A DNA stretch of 64,000 nucleotides from positions 10,788,001-10,852,000 of the forward strand of contig OZ076419.1 in NCBI GenBank assembly GCA_964187785.1, given 5' to 3'. A model generated the notes under the pieces. That model did not search any database. It saw only the letters and a program-made list of their open reading frames with translations, and was not told the origin of the DNA. Position numbers and translations under genes: made by a program. This DNA is from Amphiscolops sp. MND2022. Lineage: Eukaryota. Position 1 is the stretch's first letter, and every line of letters begins with the position of its first letter. Of the stretch, positions 12,701 to 25,149 are shown piece by piece.

Positions 12701-13534
12701 GTGCATGGTTTCTCGTGGACTTCTTTGTTTGCCATGTTCACAATGAACACGTCTTTCACAAGACTGTTATTTGGCCAAAATTGCATTTCGCTGCCAATTT
12801 GTTTCGCTCATTCCAGAACTGGCGTAAAGAGTTTACCTCTTCTTGCTTTCGTGACAAGAACTCGAATCTATCCAGAGTTTCATTTTTGGATTTTTCAAAG
12901 CAATCTTTACAATTCTTCAAAAGGTCCGGAAGGGTCACCGTCGCAATGTTAGTTGCAGGAAATTTATCTGCTATCGTCTTGCTGCTGGTCATCCTAACGC
13001 CAGGTACAATACGCTTATTGCTTTTTAGTTGCGGGTATTTCATCGAGGTCGCCCGTGAGGCTTTCTTTTTTTCCAGTCGTTTTTCTCAATTCCGATATGG
13101 ATATATTGTTCTTAGCCAATAATGCCACCTGAAAGAGGTCAATCCACTTTTTCCATTCCAAGGTAGGTGTCTATGATGCATCTGCCCAGTAGCTAAGTAA
13201 TCCCGCAATTGCTTGAGGACCCCCGAAGGTTAAGGTTCTGATGGCCGCACCGCCATGTTATAGGATGAGGTTTTTCTTTTTAAGAAGTCTGAGATATTCT
13301 ATCTGTTTAGAATGAAGAAAGAGCAAGACAAAAATCTATTCGCTAGAGACCATATGATGAAATGGATCACCTCAAGTCGAAATGGTTTACAATGTTGCTG
13401 GTATTACTTGCGATGATTTATGCAACAACAAACAGTAATAAACAATAATGAACAATGGTAATACTGCGTCGAAATGGTCATTGTGGCTTACTTGTCAGTT
13501 TTCAATTAAATGCTTTCTGTTTTTCTTCTTTTCT
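9767..13534 (-). repeat. Tandem duplication unit 1 (pol part, gag, truncated LTR 13256-13534)
   Basis: Near-identical to 13535-17309 at an offset of 3768-3775 bp; both copies share the same frameshifts. Confidence 0.95.
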
Positions 13535-16500
13535 GTAGTGGGGGCTCTCATGAATTTCGCATCCGGCCAGCCTGTTTTGCGATTTTTTGATACAATTAGG
13601 TTTTTCTTTGGTTTACGTGCTATCTTGAAAACCCTGCAAAGTCTATGCCAATTTCTTCATTGACTGGTTCCGGCACTGGTATGTTACGGGTTTATTTTTG
13701 TTTTAACAATGGCTTTATCGGCTTACCTGCATTCTGGCATTCTTGGCATGTCTTTGTAAGTAATGTATTTTCTCTATGTATTCGAGCCACCAAATGTCAA
13801 TTTTTTCCCTTAGCATTTGATCTCTATCTGGGTGTCCCCAGTGTAGTGATTTTTAATTAGCGTTTGTAATATTTTTGGTATTAGTCGGTCGTCCATATAG
13901 AGTAGGTCATTTTCATCACTTGAATCTTTTTTTCCAAGGGCTGTCTAATGCTCTGATTTTTGCTTTTGATAAATTTTTTACGATTGCAATCGAATTTTGT
14001 AAGTTTTCGTCATCTCGGTATTTTGCGAATATCATGTTTTCTCCGATTTTGTTAGCGAGTTCTGAACTAGTTTCGGAACTAGTTTCTTTGAAGTTTTATT
14101 ACCTGTAAATAGGTTAGTTGAATTGCTGTCCCATTTTGACTAGGCAGTTTGTTTGCGTCCGTTCACGTGAATTGAATGCTTGTACGCTTTTGCTTCGTTG
14201 GTCGTCACGTCTCAATTTCTTCCATTGTCAGCCTGATTGGTCCGTTGAATTCTTCCGCTAAAATGCTATTTACTTTTTTTACATGGTTCACATTGAACCA
14301 GTTTTTCCACTGTTCTGTTGCTTTCACTTTTTCTCCTACTAGTTGTAAAGGATGTCTCGACAAGTATGCAATACCATTTGTCCTTGCGGGGGCGTGAGTT
14401 AGTCTGCTCGAGTAGGTCTTGTTTTTATTTCCCATTAGTACAGTGACCAGTGCTTTATGATCGGACACCACTTGGAATTTTATTCTACAGGGGTAGTTTT
14501 TGAAACGTTTTACGGCTCAATTTACCGCGAGTAGTTCCAATTCATTTATTGAATATTTATCTTCAAGTGGCGTTAGAAATCTAGATTCGAAATGGATTGG
14601 TCGCCAACCAATTTCGTCCTGTTGCTGTAAAAGTGCTCCTAGACCTGCTTTTCTGGCATCACAAATTAAGCGTATTTTACCACTTTTCTTGAAATGTCCG
14701 ACTTCCGCTACTTTTTGGACTTGTATATTTCTTTGAACGCCTTGTCATGACTTTCATCTCAACTCCAAAGTTTATCCTTTTTTAGTAACGTCCTTAGTTC
14801 AAAACATAATAGGGCGAGGTATGGTATGAACCTGTTTTTTTGAATAACCGCCCCCAAATATGACCGCAGTTTTTAAATTTTGGTTATAGTTTATCAGTTA
14901 TCGCCTGTATCTTGGAATATATTGGACTAATTCCTGTTTGGGATGATTTGTACCCAAGCCATTCGATTTCGCTTTGCGCAAATTTACATTTTTCCTGTTT
15001 TAGTCTAATGTTCGCTTTATTTAATTTTACAATTACTTGTTTTTCAACGCTGTAATGGTTGTCCTTCGTTCGTTTTATTACCGTGAGTATGTCTTTTAAA
15101 AACACGTACGAATTTGGGAGGTTGGATAGTTCTGTATCCATTGCCTTTTGAAATTCTGTGGGCATTACGGTCAATCCGTAAAATCCCTTTATAAATCGAT
15201 ACGTCCCTGTTGCCTTCCCTCCAATTATCTGGAAGTTAATGTTTTGCAGTTTCTTCATTGGTACTTGGCCATATGCGTATCACGTATCTATGGAAGTGTA
15301 CCAAGCTTTTCCCTCATTTTGCTTGTCTAATTGTTCGGCAAGCTCATCGACTAGATGCTCTAAATTTGGCATCTGATATTTATCTTTGACGAGGTCAATA
15401 TTTAGTGCGCGTGCCTCGAGTGTTACACGTTCTATATACCCTTCTTTTAATAATCGCTCTATTTCTTCTTGAACTGCTTCTTGCAGTTGTAAAGGTTTCC
15501 GTCTTTCTGATAGGTTTAAATTCAATTTTTACCTCGTGGCCAATTGATTGTCCTTGTCTAGTAAACAGCTCATTAAATTGTTCTTTCAATTTAATTTGTT
15601 CATTTGTATCGTTCTGAATGTCGCTTTTACTTTCTTTCACCACTTGGTTTATCTGGTTGCTTGGATTTCGCGGTAATTTCGTAACTAGTTCGAAAACCTT
15701 CTTTCGGATTGGGTGATACAATTTTGTAATTGAACGCATTCAGCCAGCCTCGTCCAATCAGTGACTTCGCGCCTTTCTCTGCAATCAAAATCCTGACATT
15801 GTGAAATTTGCTTTGCCTACTTCCAGATGACAAAAGAAGTATCTCAATAAATTCAACTTCCTTATGTTGAAATCCACATACTCCTCATCTTTCGGCAATT
15901 CACGAATAAATATATCTCTTTGCGTTTCGTTATTTCCTTGATGTCGTCGATCTCAAAAATAGTTACCGTTGAGCCCGAGTCCACCATCGCCTTGAACTGA
16001 ATTCCATTTCTTTTGCCTTTCATCGTGAAAAGTCCATTCTCATCGCCTTCAATAGTTAGTACTATATTGTCTTCGTCAACCACCGATCCATCTCCATTAC
16101 TGCTCTCTCTCTCTCTCCATTCGTCATTTCTTTGTATTCTCTGCGGTGGTTTTGCTACTTTACGGTTCCTGGCAAAGTTACCTGCTCCTTTTGTCTGGCA
16201 ACATTTTGCGAAGTGTCCCTTTTGCCACATTTTATGCACGTCACGCCATTTGCTTTGCAGTCTTTCAAGTGTTGTGGGGTAAATATCCCTTCACATCGGA
16301 AACAATTCTTGTTAGGGCCCCACCTTTTTTGTACTCTGAATAATATTATTTACTTTAGTAGCTTCCGTTTTAGTGTTCCGCTTCTCAAGTTTTTCAGAAT
16401 GACTGCTGTCGAATTGTTCCTTCTTCGTACGCAATTGCTAAATGTATTGTTTCATTCACTGTCGTTTTCGGCTCTGTGCATAGTTTCTCGTGGACTTCTT

Positions 16501-17309
16501 TGTTTGCAATGTTCACAATGAACACGTCTTTCACAAGACTGTTATTTGGCCAAAATTGCATTTCGCTGCCAATTTGTTTCGCTCATTCCAGAACTGGCGT
16601 AAAGAGTTTACCTCTTCTTGCTTTCGTAACAAGAACTCGAATCTATCCAGAGTTTCATTTTTGGATTTTTCAAAGCAATCTTTACAATTCTTCAAAAGGT
16701 CCGGAAGGGTCACCGTCGCAATGTTAGTTGCAGGAAATTTATCTGCTATCGTCTTGCTGCTGATCATCCTAACGCCAGGTACAATACACTTATTGCTTTT
16801 TAGTTGCGGGTATTTCATCGAGGTCGCCCGTGAGGCTTTCTTTTTTTCCAGTCGTTTTTCTCAATTCCGATATGGATATATTGTTCTTAGCCAATAATGC
16901 CACCTGAAAGAGGTCAATCCACTTTTTCCATTCCAAGGTAGGTGTCTATGATGCATCTGCCCAGTAGCTAAGTAATCCCGCAATTGCTTGAGGACCCCCG
17001 AAGGTTAAGGTTCTGAAGGCCGCACCGCCATGTTATAGGATGAGGTTTTTCTTTTTAGGAAGTCTGAGATGTTCTATCTGTTTAGAATGAAGAAAGAGCA
17101 AGACAAAAATCTATTCGCTAGAGACCATATGATGAAATGGATCACCTCAAGTCGAAATGGTTTACAATGTTGCTGGTATTACTTGCGATGATTTATGCAA
17201 CAACAAACAGTAATAAACAATAATGAACAATGGTAATACTGCGTCGAAATGGTCATTGTCGCTTACTTGTCAGTTTTCAATTAAATGCTTTCTGTTTCTC
17301 TTCTTTTCT
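13535..17309 (-). repeat. Tandem duplication unit 2
   Basis: See unit 1; paired ORFs include 9877/13645, 10727/14500, 11112/14884 and 13448/17223. Confidence 0.95.
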
Positions 17310-17327
17310 AATTACAGCCCAGCTACA
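17031..17327 (-). repeat. Gypsy 5' LTR (297 bp) with adjacent primer-binding-site-like sequence
   Basis: Minus strand TGTAGC...TATAACA, followed immediately by TGGCGGTGCGG (17030-17020); second copy at 13256-13534. Confidence 0.85.
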
Positions 17328-17789
17328 TGGATCTTCATCGTTTGCTCTGCTTTGCGTTCATCATCTTCGTCTACATCTTTGGATTGTTGGCTTGTGTCTG
17401 TTCCATGGTTCCACAACATCTACTGCTTGAACTGGATCATGGTTTTTTCAAGTGGAGTTTTTAGGAAGTTTAAGTTGCGATTGGCTCAAAAGTGCAACAT
17501 ACCTCAATTTGTTGATCTTTCAAAATTTGAACGCTTGCCTTGAAATTAACCAAACGGGGAATCACGCTTATCATCGATTCCTCCAAATGAGGCTGATTTA
17601 AGCAAACGTGGAACCACGCTTGTCGTCGATTCCAGCTGAACAATTGAAACCCAATAAGTCCTTGTTGCTTTTGCCGTCTTAGATGTTGAAAATTTAAATA
17701 GCATGAAAATCAACGCACACGCAGAAATACAATCCGGCATTCTTATCATTAACCATTGTGTATTGCGGTCTCATTCACGGCACGAAAAC

Positions 17790-17975
17790 ATTGACACAAA
17801 ATTTCAAACAAGACCAGCGACTGCCCAAGGCAAACGTTGCGGAAGCTTTGTGAAATTTGATCCGTTGTCGCTGTTGTGTTCCGACAGTCATGTTAAGAGC
17901 GCGTTCCGTTCGGCCTAAAGAAAAAGTTTTTGGCGATGTCGGGTAAAGGCTAACTAAACGGTAAACAATCGCCAG
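17790..17975 (-). pseudogene. SLX1-like GIY-YIG endonuclease remnant, C-terminal to the helicase
   Basis: Across frameshifts: IVYRLVSL...TFSLGRTE...LT*LSEHNSDNGSNFTKLPQRLPWAVAGLV. This fits the SLX1-type pattern YxLxS...Y(I)GxT...RLxxHN...G...T...RPW; the conserved Arg position is TGA. Confidence 0.6.
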
Positions 17976-18049
17976 GTAATTTGGTTTTAATATTAAAAGG
18001 TACAAAAGCTATTTTCGAGATGTTGATAGGCTGAACAATGCCACCTAAT

Positions 18050-19375
18050 CGTGCGTCCGTGCGGATGTTATCTAACAGACTGAGAAGACGTTTTTCCCGC
18101 AAATCCCTACTCTCAAAAAGTGATTTTATTGCGTCCAACGTAGCTGTCTTATCTCCGCCGAAAGTGAGGTTCAACTGTTTCACTCGACTCACTATAACGA
18201 AGACATGTGATGTCATCCGAAAGGCATAGCTACTATCAGTTTCGGAAATTAACGTTGCCAGCTTGTCAAACGTATCACCCATGAGTTTGTGTGTTGTCAT
18301 GGCCACATTCTTCATCAGCGGTTTCTGGATCCTTCTAACAGTTCTCGAAGGAGTGCACGAAACCGGTTTGCCTCGAAAGGATCACTGAGCGCCAATTTAG
18401 GTACTTTTCGTGTTCCAACATCGCCTGAGAGATGTCAACGTCACCACTAGTGTCAGGGATGTGGACTGTTACCGAGTCAGCGGAAGGAACCTCGTGGATT
18501 ACACCAACCTGTCCTTGAGACAACTGCTCAGCTTCGAGATTCAGACTGACCCTGACCTAAGCTTTTGGGCTCACAATGAGGCCTTTGGGCTAGTTCACTT
18601 TGTCGCTCAGATGACTACTTACTTTACGAGAGTCTGTCTGATTCCACACAGAGCTCTTTGACATCAGCCTCAAAGATTTTGAGCGCAATTCCGGACTCGC
18701 GTACTCACTGAATGTGGCTTTCGAATTCTTTCTGCTCAGCTTTCCGCTTTCCGAAATCACGCATGACATGGATCTTGCACTGCAAGCCGAACTGCCTTTG
18801 AGGGATTCCAGAATCACCAGAATTTCGGCGACCCCAGGAGCATCAATTGGACGTCTCTACATGTGCCGAAGAACAGTTTGAGCTGCTTCATCTGTCATGA
18901 AAACGAAATGCCCCAGAAGAACAAGCAAAATTTGTCAACAGTACTGGTGAGAGGAAGATGCCATTGCCCTCGACGGATGGCAGTTGCATTTAATCACCGC
19001 TAGCAATCACCAGAACGGCACTGAAAGGCAGGGTAGACTGCTTCAACTGGAGTACAATGATCATTGAAGACCACTGTTCGGCGCTGATTGAACTTACTTC
19101 TTCCACGAACAATTCTTCCAGGGCCAGGAGGAACATCTTTTTCTCATTCCTGTGATCGAGTTTAGTCAACGCTTGCTCGGCCATCTTGATCGGGGAGCCG
19201 GAAGATGCAAGCAGGAGAACCTTTGAATGTGCTCACCGCTAAAATGTGTTAATCTCAAAGCTGAACATATTACCAGACAAAACTGACCTCTAGAAAGCGC
19301 ATAATTTAACGCCATTGTTGAAACGTACGTGTACATGTACCTGGAGGACCTAAAATTAATTGATCTCGCAAACCT
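18050..19375 (-). pseudogene. PIF1/RecD-like SF1 helicase remnant
   Basis: Motifs in the correct order across frameshifts: I QLILGPPGT(CT) ~19335-19370; Ia/Ib SGEHIQRF; II LFVEEVSSIS; III PFSAVLVIASGD*MQLPSV; V QKPLMKNVAMTTHKLMGDT; VI VFVIVSRV. Confidence 0.85.
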
Positions 19376-19974
19376 GTGACTTGCAAACTCTCAATGATTA
19401 GATTAAGAGTTTTTTAAATTTGGGACTGCTTCTGCAAAGTCTGAGCAAACTGGAAAACATTTGCAATGAGGTCCGCAGACCACTTCGAAGGTGTTTCTTT
19501 TGTCACTAGATCGAAATTCGCAGAAGATGAAAAATTTGGTATATTTTGTGTGTCAACGACTTAATGTTAACTTGTGACTGACGAAGCATCTTTTTGGCCT
19601 TGTCTTCTAGTGCTTCAGTGACAGTGTCCATGCTCGTGGTCGGTAAGCCTTCATTGTAGATGTTGTTGTCCATTAACATTCCTTTGAAAGCAGATTTCGC
19701 AACGAGAAGATTGGAATCAAACGACCTCGTACCACCTTGCAAGTACCTTTTCCAAGACGTTTTTTTTTTCAAAATCTCATTAACATCATTTTCATCGTTT
19801 CTTGTTTCTGTCAGGGTCAGTTCCTCCTTCTGCATACGCATCTTTTGTACTTGCAATCGTCGTTGAGGCCATGATACCTTGCGTTTTATTTTTTGCAGCT
19901 TCTCGAGCAATAATTTTCCTAACACCTAGTTTTTTGTTTCGAAATTTTTGAACCTGAATATCAAAACATGATGT

Positions 19975-22116
19975 GCGTTGTCTGGGTTGATGAAGACTTC
20001 TGCGTGTTCTTCTTTTCCAGCAGCGTAAGAAGTTAAATACCTGGGCGCTATAGACTTGCAAGCTTTCAAAGCGTCCAAACTTGACCTACAAATACCCCAC
20101 AAAGCAACATTAAGCGGCGATATGTGTTTTTCTTTTTAGGCCGCATCAGACATGACTTAACCTGCAAACATTCATTGAAACCAGCCTCGGTTCAGATAAA
20201 TCTATTTCCTGTAACGCTGCCAAGATTTCCTGTGAATGCGGTTGGTGGAATTCCTTGTACCATGGATTGTGATTCTGGGGGTACGGAGGGACACTACATT
20301 TCCTTTCGCCGTTCAACCTAACATTTTTCAAGCAATGCCCTTTGTCACAATCATGGGTCTGAATACGTATAGTCTTGAAACAACTTAACAGCATGCTCTT
20401 CATTCTCGACAGTACCAAAATTGACATGAAAAAGTTGTTCAAACTCATAAACTAGCAGCTGCACTTTGAAATTCATCTCTACCCCAAACCTTTTAAATTT
20501 CGCCCGAAATATGTTCATCCCAAAACCGCAAATAATCTATCAAAAGCTCAATTGTGCGGGTCCAGCATCTAACAATTATTACCATGTAAGATTGCAGCTC
20601 TTCTTTCAATTCTTCTGTCGTAGCGGCTTCATAAAGTTCAAGAATTCACCAATTGTGATTTAAATTTTGGAGAGTGGCATTGTAGATCGTTGATAGGACA
20701 CAATAAAGATTATCGAATACTATGTGACCTCATATCTGTCACGCCTTAACGTTTGAACCGGAAGAGCTTGAATAAGTAACCTCAAAGTCACGTCATCATG
20801 AAGAGACGTTCTATTGAGCACTATATTCGCACAGGTCACTGCCGGCCGAACGATTACTGAACTGAAGAATATTTTATTTAAATATATAAAATATTTAAAC
20901 TTATCATTTCTGCTGCCTGAAAAGCGTTAGAGTCCAGATAAAGTGTCATTGAAGGTTGGTTGTTGGACAGTTTGAACTTCAAAGACCATTTGGATCAAAA
21001 AGAGTCGAACTTTATATACTGGATCATTTAAATTTGGTCCAAAATTAATCGTGCAAGGTAATTTTTGTATTTCAAACACTATACTTGTATTCAGACAACT
21101 TTCAGCATAGATTTCAAGAAGAAGTAGTGAGCTCGTGAACATGTGAACCATCGGTTTGTACCACCCTTTAATCTCGAATCCTCCATTCAGGTTAACTGAG
21201 TCGCAGATTCGAAGAACAACCTCATCTAACTCAAACGGGTCGAAGTCTATCGCATTAGTCGAGATTTCTTTTTTTTGTGCTCTTACGAAGATGTCAGTAG
21301 TGGGGCGTTCGATGTTTTTTTTGGTTTTTGTCCGAGTCTTCGATAACTTGGAGCTCGTCGGAAACAAAGGCAACTGTTAATGCTGTGGCGGACAGTACTC
21401 GCACTGACGTTGAAATGTGCAAAGCTAATTCCGTTAGACTTTCTATAGATTCAAAGCAACCTGCAGGACACCTAATAGTAGGAAAACTCTACTTCGTTAG
21501 AGCCTCAACCAAGTTTTTTTCTGTTCGGTTATCAGTGTCCAAAAATAATCTTTCTCAGAGGTAAGATTCCTAAAAAGAGCTTCTTTTGCAGACCTAAATA
21601 TTGATGGATGAACAGTGTTCATGTGTATTTTATACGTGTCTTTGATTTTATGCGGAAGTATTTTTGAAGTTTTTCTGCAGTAGAGCTAAACCTATGTGGT
21701 TGAAAGAGTAAAGTATACATGAGACAAGGCCACACGTTAGGCCAATCCTTGTGACGAGTGGTATTGTATGTATGTAAAATATTGTTGACAGTAACTGTTT
21801 CACCAGTCGTCTCAGCCATATGTTTACCAAACATAGTCGGATGAAGTGAGGCACGGCGTGAAGTCAGGTCCTTAATTGTTTGTGGACGTTTTGCTACACT
21901 TCCAGCACATCTCGCATCTGGAACCCTATGGGTGCATCTGGCTGGGGTATTGGGGACATTGACATCATTGGTGACATCTTGTTTGGCAACATGATGTTGT
22001 TGTACTCGTTCATTCTACTGACATCTTGAACAGACTTCGTCAACTCCAATGAACTTGTTGTGAACCTCATATCTCCTCACAATATCGTTTCTACCTCGTC
22101 CTCTACCACGTGGCAT
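19975..22116 (-). pseudogene. Helitron-like Rep and N-terminal region remnant
   Basis: HISPLNVALW...RYLTSYAAGKEE (~20130-20005) resembles the Rep motif carrying the catalytic Tyr residues; IQTHDCDKGHCLK...RKCSVPPYP resembles the Helitron Rep QxHxC..C..CR..P block; upstream RCPAGC and WPNVWPCL; candidate ATG at 22116. The HUH motif itself was not recognised. Confidence 0.55.
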
Positions 22117-22535
22117 ATTGCAATCAATTTGAATCCAAGCCTATCTTAAAAAACGCTGTTGTGTTAGACGTTACCAGAGAAAACCACCATTTCATGACAA
22201 AAATTATGGTGAAGTGGAAATATCATTAAACACCATTCGTTGCTTTTTAATTGAGACACGACCTATTTTCGTTCAGAGCACCTAATCATCAGCCACGCAT
22301 GGACTATGTTTTTACTTTATTGTGATCAATAATCCTTATCACCAACCACGCTTACCGTCGATTAGTGATGAATCTACAACTCTATTCTAGTCAGTTATCC
22401 TAATCAATAACCACGCTTTCCGTCGATTAGTGATTTTAAATAAAAATTAACAAAACCTGGTATAAAACATCACTTGAAATGTAACCAAATCAAACACTTT
22501 TTCCATTGACCAATGAATTGAAAAACCATGATAGA

Positions 22536-23061
22536 ACAAGCCGGGAACGGCCCAAGTCGGCGCCATATCTAAGGCTCAAAAATAACAAAAGGACTTCAAA
22601 GTGTCAAGTATTCTCTTCTACAGTACCCGTTTGAGGAAAGTTGAAAAAAAATCCGATTTTTTTTGAATTTTTTAAAATTTTTTTGGTCCGTAAGTCGCAT
22701 GGTGCCGAAACATGTAAAATGGGGCCCTTTGGAAGTTTTTTAACATCCATTCTTTTGCAAAATAGACAAAAAAATGAAGGGTGGACCCTTTGGAGATATT
22801 TGCGAAAAAAGTCTCACAAAGCCGAAAAAAATTTGCACAAAAAAATTTTGGTCATGACGGGACTCGAACCCATGTCATTCTGCTTGTCAGACCTCGAAAA
22901 AGCCGTAGTGGCCAAGTGGCAGTGAAGTAGTGTGACACAGTTTAGTGTTGGTGCCGGTTTAGTGCCAACTTATAAAATTTATAAAATCTGTCAGTTCGTT
23001 GGTCTTAAAAAAAGTCACTACTATAGTCTGCGTTTTCCTTCGAAAAGCGCCGACTAAAAAA
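22536..23061 (-). mobile_element. HINE/DINE-1-like non-autonomous Helentron, family A, copy 1
   Basis: subTIRs AGTCGGCGC (22555-22563) and GCGCCGACT (23047-23055); partial inverted repeat beside one subTIR; short hairpin GCCG-GGAA-CGGC outside the other; T-run end; tRNA-like segment at ~22850-22900. Confidence 0.7.
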
Positions 23062-23345
23062 CCAGTCATTCAATATGTTATTCAAATCTTTCTTTCGGAC
23101 CCATTCATTTTTACCAAAAAATTATATGGTTCAAAAACAAAAAATTATATACTCTAAATGTCCAATTGAAATAATAGCTGGAAATGAAATAATCAAATTG
23201 TTCATGAAATCACAGTGAAATAAAACGAAGTGACAAATATAAGGCTATCAATTGATACAATTGTTCACCAAAAATGTCATATCTTTCTTCTGTTACAAAT
23301 GAAGAATCCAAAATCAAATGAAAAACAGACACAAAATCTCAAATG

Positions 23346-23986
23346 TCATTCCAAAGATAGAGAATGAAAACATTCTCTCAATTCATTCGTTGCTGGGAAT
23401 GCGAAATATTTTTGTATGATTGTCGTCAGTTGAGAAAGTCCTCTAAGAATAAAAACATTCATGTCATTCGTTGTTGAGGAAGCGAAATATTTTTTGTTTA
23501 TGATTGTCGTCAGTTGAGAAAGTCCTTTATCATTCAAATGAACCTCATCTTCGGCCAAAATATTTTCAGTGGACATATTTGAACCGATTCCTACGAACCA
23601 TAAATAATAACTGAAATTCAATTCATGAATGGCTCCACATGAACTATTTTGTTTCGGGATTCCGAGCACAAATACTCTAATTCCCATATCGTAGAGATAA
23701 TAGGCCATCTTGTCTATCTCATTCTTTGTATCGTCAGGGCTGATTGCAACTCTAAGTCGACTGGTTTATACCGTTTGACATAGACTATAAAGACATAGAA
23801 GTCGCTGTCTAGATTGTTAGACCTCAAATAACAAAACAATGTCTTCCACCGTCCACGGGCGATAATGACAACGTCGCATTCTTCTATATTGAATGTCTTA
23901 ACCAAAGGGTCTCCAATTAGAAGAGTTCTAGTACCAGCGAAGAAGCGCTCATATACTTTGAAGTTGAAACCATTCATCCTCATCAA
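23346..23986 (-). pseudogene. SGNH/GDSL hydrolase-like remnant
   Basis: TLLIGDPLVK (block I GDS-like) and ILAEDEVHLNDKGLSQL (block V DxxH-like) in the correct order; interrupted by stops; C-terminal ~85-bp duplication. Confidence 0.5.
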
Positions 23987-25149
23987 TTAAAAAGCCATTA
24001 TCGAGAGATTTTTAAAAAGTGTTTTCAGAATGATGGTTTTACCTCTCATTAGACATGATATCATTGAATGAAGAAAAGTACGATCGAATTCCAAATTTAT
24101 AGCATGAATATAAAACACAAAACACAACATTGAACCTTTTTAAATTCTGAATGGAAAATTTTTTAAAGTATATTGACACTGTCGTAATGTAACAGTCACC
24201 ACACTCTCATCTGGAATCCTCCACACCTGCAATAAAGACGATGGATAAACTTCACAAGGGAAAGTAAACTAAAAATGAACAATAAAAAACCTATTTTTGA
24301 AACTTACAAATCTCGAGGCTTGAGGATGCCGAACGTGGTGCCGAAAAGCGTGTCAGACCGACTGGGGTGCCTGCTCAGCCCAGAAGGTTAAAAAATCAGG
24401 CAATCATTTCCAGAATCAAGGAAGCCATGCCAATAGCATGTTTCTTCGTGTTAATCTGTGAACTTTCTTCGAAAGCCATGATCTATAACAAACTTGAATG
24501 CAAAACATCTTTTTCATCCAAGGTGAAATGGAATAAATGGCTTGAGCGGGCTGCTGTTTATTCAATAATGGGACGTTTAACGGATCAATTAAAAGTTCGA
24601 TCAATTGTATACATAATACTGAGCAACTTAGCACTGTGAATATAGAGTGAAAAATTCCATTTAAACATTGAAAAATCGAAATAATTTTGACAATTGAAAC
24701 CCTATTCAATAGTTACATTGTTGTTTTCAGCCAAATTATGAACTTGCTAAACTGGGATCATGAAAATGCTACTCTCAGACAACTTGATGGAGTTCCATTG
24801 TTTTTGTGTTGGTTTTGAGGCTTCCATCAAACACGCTAATGTCTTTGGAAGTCTTCTCTGTTGACTTGGTTTCATAAAGCGACCGTTTCAGTCATTTTAC
24901 GTTTTCTATAGAAGGGTATCTCATGGCTTGATAACACTTCATCGTGCTAATTCAACTATTCGTACTGTCAAAAATTCCTGTTCAAAGAATTTTTCGTTGT
25001 TTACGAAAAGATATATCCACTACACGTCTCTCTACAGTCTCGCTACGCGAAATCCCGGTTTCAATACGCGCGGTCTTTTTAGTTGTTAAAAAAGTTGTAT
25101 CCATGCTCGACAGTTTTTTCTTTTCCTATGATGTTCACTGCACTGTAAC

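Larger units (their letters stand above)
8611..17327 (-). mobile_element. Decayed Ty3/Gypsy LTR retrotransposon with an internal 3.77-kb tandem duplication
   Basis: Minus strand shows gag (KYPQ...RKQ, CCHC knuckle), protease (AMVDSGS), RT fragments (KYQMPNLE, YGLTVMPTEFQKAMD), RNase H (SDHKAL), integrase His/Cys and GKVERQIK, all frameshifted. Purine tract GAAGGAAGAA precedes a 3' LTR remnant ending at 8687. Confidence 0.9.

Noticed and set aside
17850-17875. SDNGSNF read as an integrase catalytic motif
   Set aside because: No flanking integrase motifs; the surrounding residues (EHNS...T..P..PW) fit a GIY-YIG domain better.
24336-24350. TGGTGCCGAAAA as a tRNA-Phe-type PBS of another LTR element
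   Set aside because: No adjacent LTR end or downstream gag on that strand could be supported.
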